DNA of 64,000 bases, from assembly GCA_016789845.1 (NCBI GenBank), contig JAEUQA010000076.1, positions 1,780 to 65,779 on the forward strand, in the 5' to 3' direction. Below, one piece after another: positions 61,729-64,000 of the stretch. Position 1 is the stretch's first letter, and the number at the start of each line of letters is the position of its first letter. The DNA is from Chromatiales bacterium. GTDB taxonomy: Bacteria > Pseudomonadota > Gammaproteobacteria > Steroidobacterales > GCA-2729495. A program made the translations under genes and the position numbers. Below the pieces are notes generated by a model. It worked only from the letters and a program-made list of their open reading frames with translations. It did no database searches and was not told the origin of the DNA.

Positions 61729-62709
61729 TCAGGCCAGCACTTCGAAGAACTCGAGCCACACGCCGTCGGGTGAGCGGATCGCTGCGAGGCGGACGCGGCC
61801 GTAGGGCTCCAGGGCCAGCTCGGTCACGGGGCGGGCGGGGAGGATGCCGTGGCCCCGCAGTCGCTCCAGGTGCGCCGCGAGGTCCGTGACGCCGAAGCGG
61901 AGCGCCATGGCGCCCAGGTTCGGCGGCTTCGCGCGCTCCGCAAAATCCCGGCCGGGCGGGGCGCCGTCCCAACCGATGAGCTCCACGGAGCCGCGGTTCT
62001 CGCCCTGCGGGTGCACGATCACCGTCCTGATGGTATTGACGCCGCGGAATGCCGCGAGGTCGGCGAGCAGAGTCAGCCCCGGGTTGTCCCCGTTCCACTC
62101 GACTTCCATCCAGGGCCTGAAGCCGAGCTGGTCGATGAAGAACTGCCGGGCCCTGTCGAAGTCCCGCACGATGATGGCGGCGTTGAAGACGTGGGTGAGC
62201 TTCGGCGCGGGGATCGCGAGCGGCGGCTTCAGCTGCTCGATGATGGAGAGCACCATGCCGTCGGGGCCATGCTGGTGCACCTCGTTGACGGCCAGCTCGC
62301 CGAAGTCGAAGCCGTGCACGCCCCGGACGGTGGGCCAGCCCGCATCGCCCAGGGCGCGGGAGAGCGCGGCGTCGTCGGCCGAGCGCGTGTAGAGCAGCCA
62401 CAGGCCGCCGCTTTCCCAGGGGCGGGCGTCGAGCGGGCGGATGGGCTCCTGGGGCACGTCGCTGATGCGCGTGAAGCGCAGGTAACCGTAGGGCATGGAC
62501 GGCATGTGGAGCAGCTGTTCCTCGACCCGGGCGTGGGGCTTCAGGCCCCAGGCCCTGGGCAGCTCCGGGGCTCCCGGGCCCGCATGGAGCAGCTCCCAGC
62601 CCCCGGCCTGCAGGAGGCCGGCCACCTTGCCGAAGTGACTGACGCTGACGACCACTTCGGCGAAGCCGGTGTAGCCGTCCCGGGCGGGGTTCGTGCCATG
62701 CGCTGCCAT
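61729..62709 (-). CDS. Two-domain VOC-family protein
   Basis: THVFNAAIIVRDFDRARQFFIDQLGF...GSVELI...; 326 aa. Confidence 0.65.
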   Translation of the reverse strand: MAAHGTNPARDGYTGFAEVVVSVSHFGKVAGLLQAGGWELLHAGPGAPELPRAWGLKPHARVEEQLLHMPSMPYGYLRFTRISDVPQEPIRPLDARPWESGGLWLLYTRSADDAALSRALGDAGWPTVRGVHGFDFGELAVNEVHQHGPDGMVLSIIEQLKPPLAIPAPKLTHVFNAAIIVRDFDRARQFFIDQLGFRPWMEVEWNGDNPGLTLLADLAAFRGVNTIRTVIVHPQGENRGSVELIGWDGAPPGRDFAERAKPPNLGAMALRFGVTDLAAHLERLRGHGILPARPVTELALEPYGRVRLAAIRSPDGVWLEFFEVLA

Positions 62710-62781
62710 GCCGAAGATGGTAGCAATATCGGGTAGGTGGCAGGCGGTCTGCTATCCTTTGCGCCCGGTTTCCGCGGACGC

Positions 62782-63201
62782 ATGCCGATGGCTGAGCAAC
62801 CTCTCGATCTCGAACTCAAGATGGAGGAAGGCGACCTCTATCAGGAAGAAATCTTTACCGACCGCCGGGTCGGCACGATCCAGCGCCTCACGCCCATCGA
62901 CCGGACGGGAAAGCCCGATCCCGCGCGCCCGGTGCTCTACGTTGGCCAGACGCAGCTGATGTCCCGCATGGGCGCCCTGCCACTCAGCTTCGAGATCCCC
63001 GGGGACTCCCTGGAGCAGGCCGTCCAGAATTTCGCCACCGCGGCCAATGGCGCGCTGGTGGAGACCATGCAGAAGCTCGAGGAGATGCGCCGCGAGCAGG
63101 CCTCGTCGCTGATCGTGCCCGATGCCGCCGGCGGTTTCGGTGGCGGCGGTGGCGGTCTCGGCGGTGGCGGTGTCCCGGGCGGCGGCCGCATCCGCCTGTA
63201 G
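62782..63201 (+). CDS. Hypothetical cytoplasmic protein with a Gly-rich C-terminus
   Basis: MPMAEQPLDLELKMEEGDLYQEEIF...GGFGGGGGGLGGGGVPGGGRIRL; no family recognised. Confidence 0.55.
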   Translation: MPMAEQPLDLELKMEEGDLYQEEIFTDRRVGTIQRLTPIDRTGKPDPARPVLYVGQTQLMSRMGALPLSFEIPGDSLEQAVQNFATAANGALVETMQKLEEMRREQASSLIVPDAAGGFGGGGGGLGGGGVPGGGRIRL

Positions 63202-63203
63202 AA

Positions 63204-63286
63204 AAAAGGTACCGGACACTTAGTTATTTAGTTGTTGAGCCGCACAGCAGCCAAACAACTAAATAACTAAGTGTCCGGTACCTTTT
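63204..63286. terminator. 83-bp AT-rich perfect hairpin (33-nt arms, 17-nt loop) fitted between two convergent stop codons; likely bidirectional terminator or inserted palindromic element
   Basis: 63204-63236 (AAAAGGTACCGGACACTTAGTTATTTAGTTGTT) is the exact reverse complement of 63254-63286, with A/T runs at both outer ends. The flanking stops are at 63199-63201 (+) and 63290-63292 (-). Confidence 0.8.
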
Positions 63287-63289
63287 CTC

Positions 63290-64000
63290 TTACAAGCCCA
63301 GCTTAGCCAGCTTCACGTCGGAGGCGCGCTTCCGGGTGGCCTCGTACTCTGCAACGAGAGCCGGCCGCGCCTCCTTCAGCGCTGGCAGGTCCCAGAGCCG
63401 GTCGAAGAGCGACGAGCTCCGCATCCGCCCGTAGGGCTCCAGCCCGCGGCGGCGCATGGTCCGTAACAGCGTCGTCGCACCGGCTTCGTCGCCGGCGAGG
63501 ATCGTGATGGCGAGGTCCGCGGTGTTGAACCAGGCATCGTTCCAGCCGAGTGCCCGGAACTGCTCGACTTCCTTCCGGGCCGCCGTCGTGGCGCCGGCGG
63601 GCAGCCTGCCCCCGTTCAGCCGCGCCTCGCTCTCCAGGGCGTAGGCGGCGGCGATCAGCCGGAGCGCCGGCGTCTCCTCCTCGCAGATCACCGGCTTCAC
63701 GCTGCTCCCGAACGACCGGAAGCGCTGCGCCGCTGCGGCGGGCTGATCCTCCAGCAGGTCCGCGATGCCGAGCCAGAGCCCGATCCACTGCTGCTTGCAG
63801 CCCCGGTACCAGGCGGGGATCGCCGCCTGGGCCGCCGGACCCTCGAGCTGCGTGGCCACGCGCCGCAGGGTGCCCGGATCGCGCTTCGCGACGGCCATGC
63901 CGGCTTCCAGTGACAGCCGCCTGGGCAGTTCCATGCCACCCCGGTTCTCGTCCAGCAGCCGCCGAGCCTCGTCGAAACGCTGCAGGTGGATCAGGGCCTC
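63290..64000 (-). CDS. TPR-like helical-repeat protein; 5' end lies outside the window
   Basis: The frame stays open to the window edge (...EALIHLQRFDEARRLLDENRGGMELPRR...); helical repeat character. Confidence 0.55.
   Translation of the reverse strand, partial: EALIHLQRFDEARRLLDENRGGMELPRRLSLEAGMAVAKRDPGTLRRVATQLEGPAAQAAIPAWYRGCKQQWIGLWLGIADLLEDQPAAAAQRFRSFGSSVKPVICEEETPALRLIAAAYALESEARLNGGRLPAGATTAARKEVEQFRALGWNDAWFNTADLAITILAGDEAGATTLLRTMRRRGLEPYGRMRSSSLFDRLWDLPALKEARPALVAEYEATRKRASDVKLAKLGL

Noticed and set aside
2588-63286. Possibility that the repeated palindromes form a CRISPR array
   Set aside because: The copies are dispersed over 60 kb, occur singly or as inverted pairs, and are not regularly spaced direct repeats separated by spacers. 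No cas genes were seen.
1-64000. tRNA, rRNA, tmRNA, integrase, transposase or prophage remnants
   Set aside because: Scanning the intergenic regions by eye showed no cloverleaf-like or rRNA-like segments and no recombinase-like ORFs. This is a by-eye negative and should be confirmed with tRNAscan-SE, Infernal and ISfinder.

Overview
GC-rich (GC3-rich codons), gene-dense bacterial chromosomal segment with about 70 protein-coding genes on both strands. I saw no rRNA, tRNA, CRISPR array, transposase or integrase. The GTAG-type REP repeats and PEP-CTERM-type proteins suggest a high-GC Gammaproteobacterium of the Xanthomonadales/Nevskiales type; this is inference only.

Housekeeping genes I recognise: mscL, rlmI-like, ypfJ, dusC, a CspA-family gene, uup (ABC-F) and srkA.

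Accessory and envelope content:
- A beta-CASP MBL nuclease followed by an 801-aa HerA/FtsK-like ATPase.
- A divergent fatty-acid-modification cluster (FAD oxidoreductase, DUF1365, CFA synthase / NTF2-like, SAM methyltransferase, DUF1295).
- An operon of DUF3313 lipoprotein, ferric-reductase-like membrane protein and Tat-signal UbiD-family enzyme.
- A stand-alone B12-binding protein carrying the CarH-type Wx9EH motif.
- Three VPxPx/PEP-CTERM proteins, with no exosortase in the window.
- Two secreted proteins sharing a TSP3 + dockerin-like C-terminal module.
- Two exported CbiX-like paralogs with Met/His-rich N-termini.
- An M23 peptidase, coiled-coil protein and bactofilin module.
- Tandem Rieske oxygenases.
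- Several VOC and SDR enzymes, some with signal peptides.

Features found only by reading the DNA, not from the ORF track:
- A 49-aa, 12-Cys metallothionein-like ORF with a strong RBS (32849-32998, minus strand).
- A GTAG-REP family whose TAG supplies the stop codon of seven genes.
- Four long perfect palindromes (102, 45, 77 and 83 bp).
- Two genes (ferric-reductase-like protein, second Rieske oxygenase) whose conserved N-terminal regions have no in-frame ATG/GTG/TTG, and a third (DUF167) whose only in-frame starts lie far upstream inside the preceding gene.

All functional calls come from motif and family recognition by eye. No searches were run.
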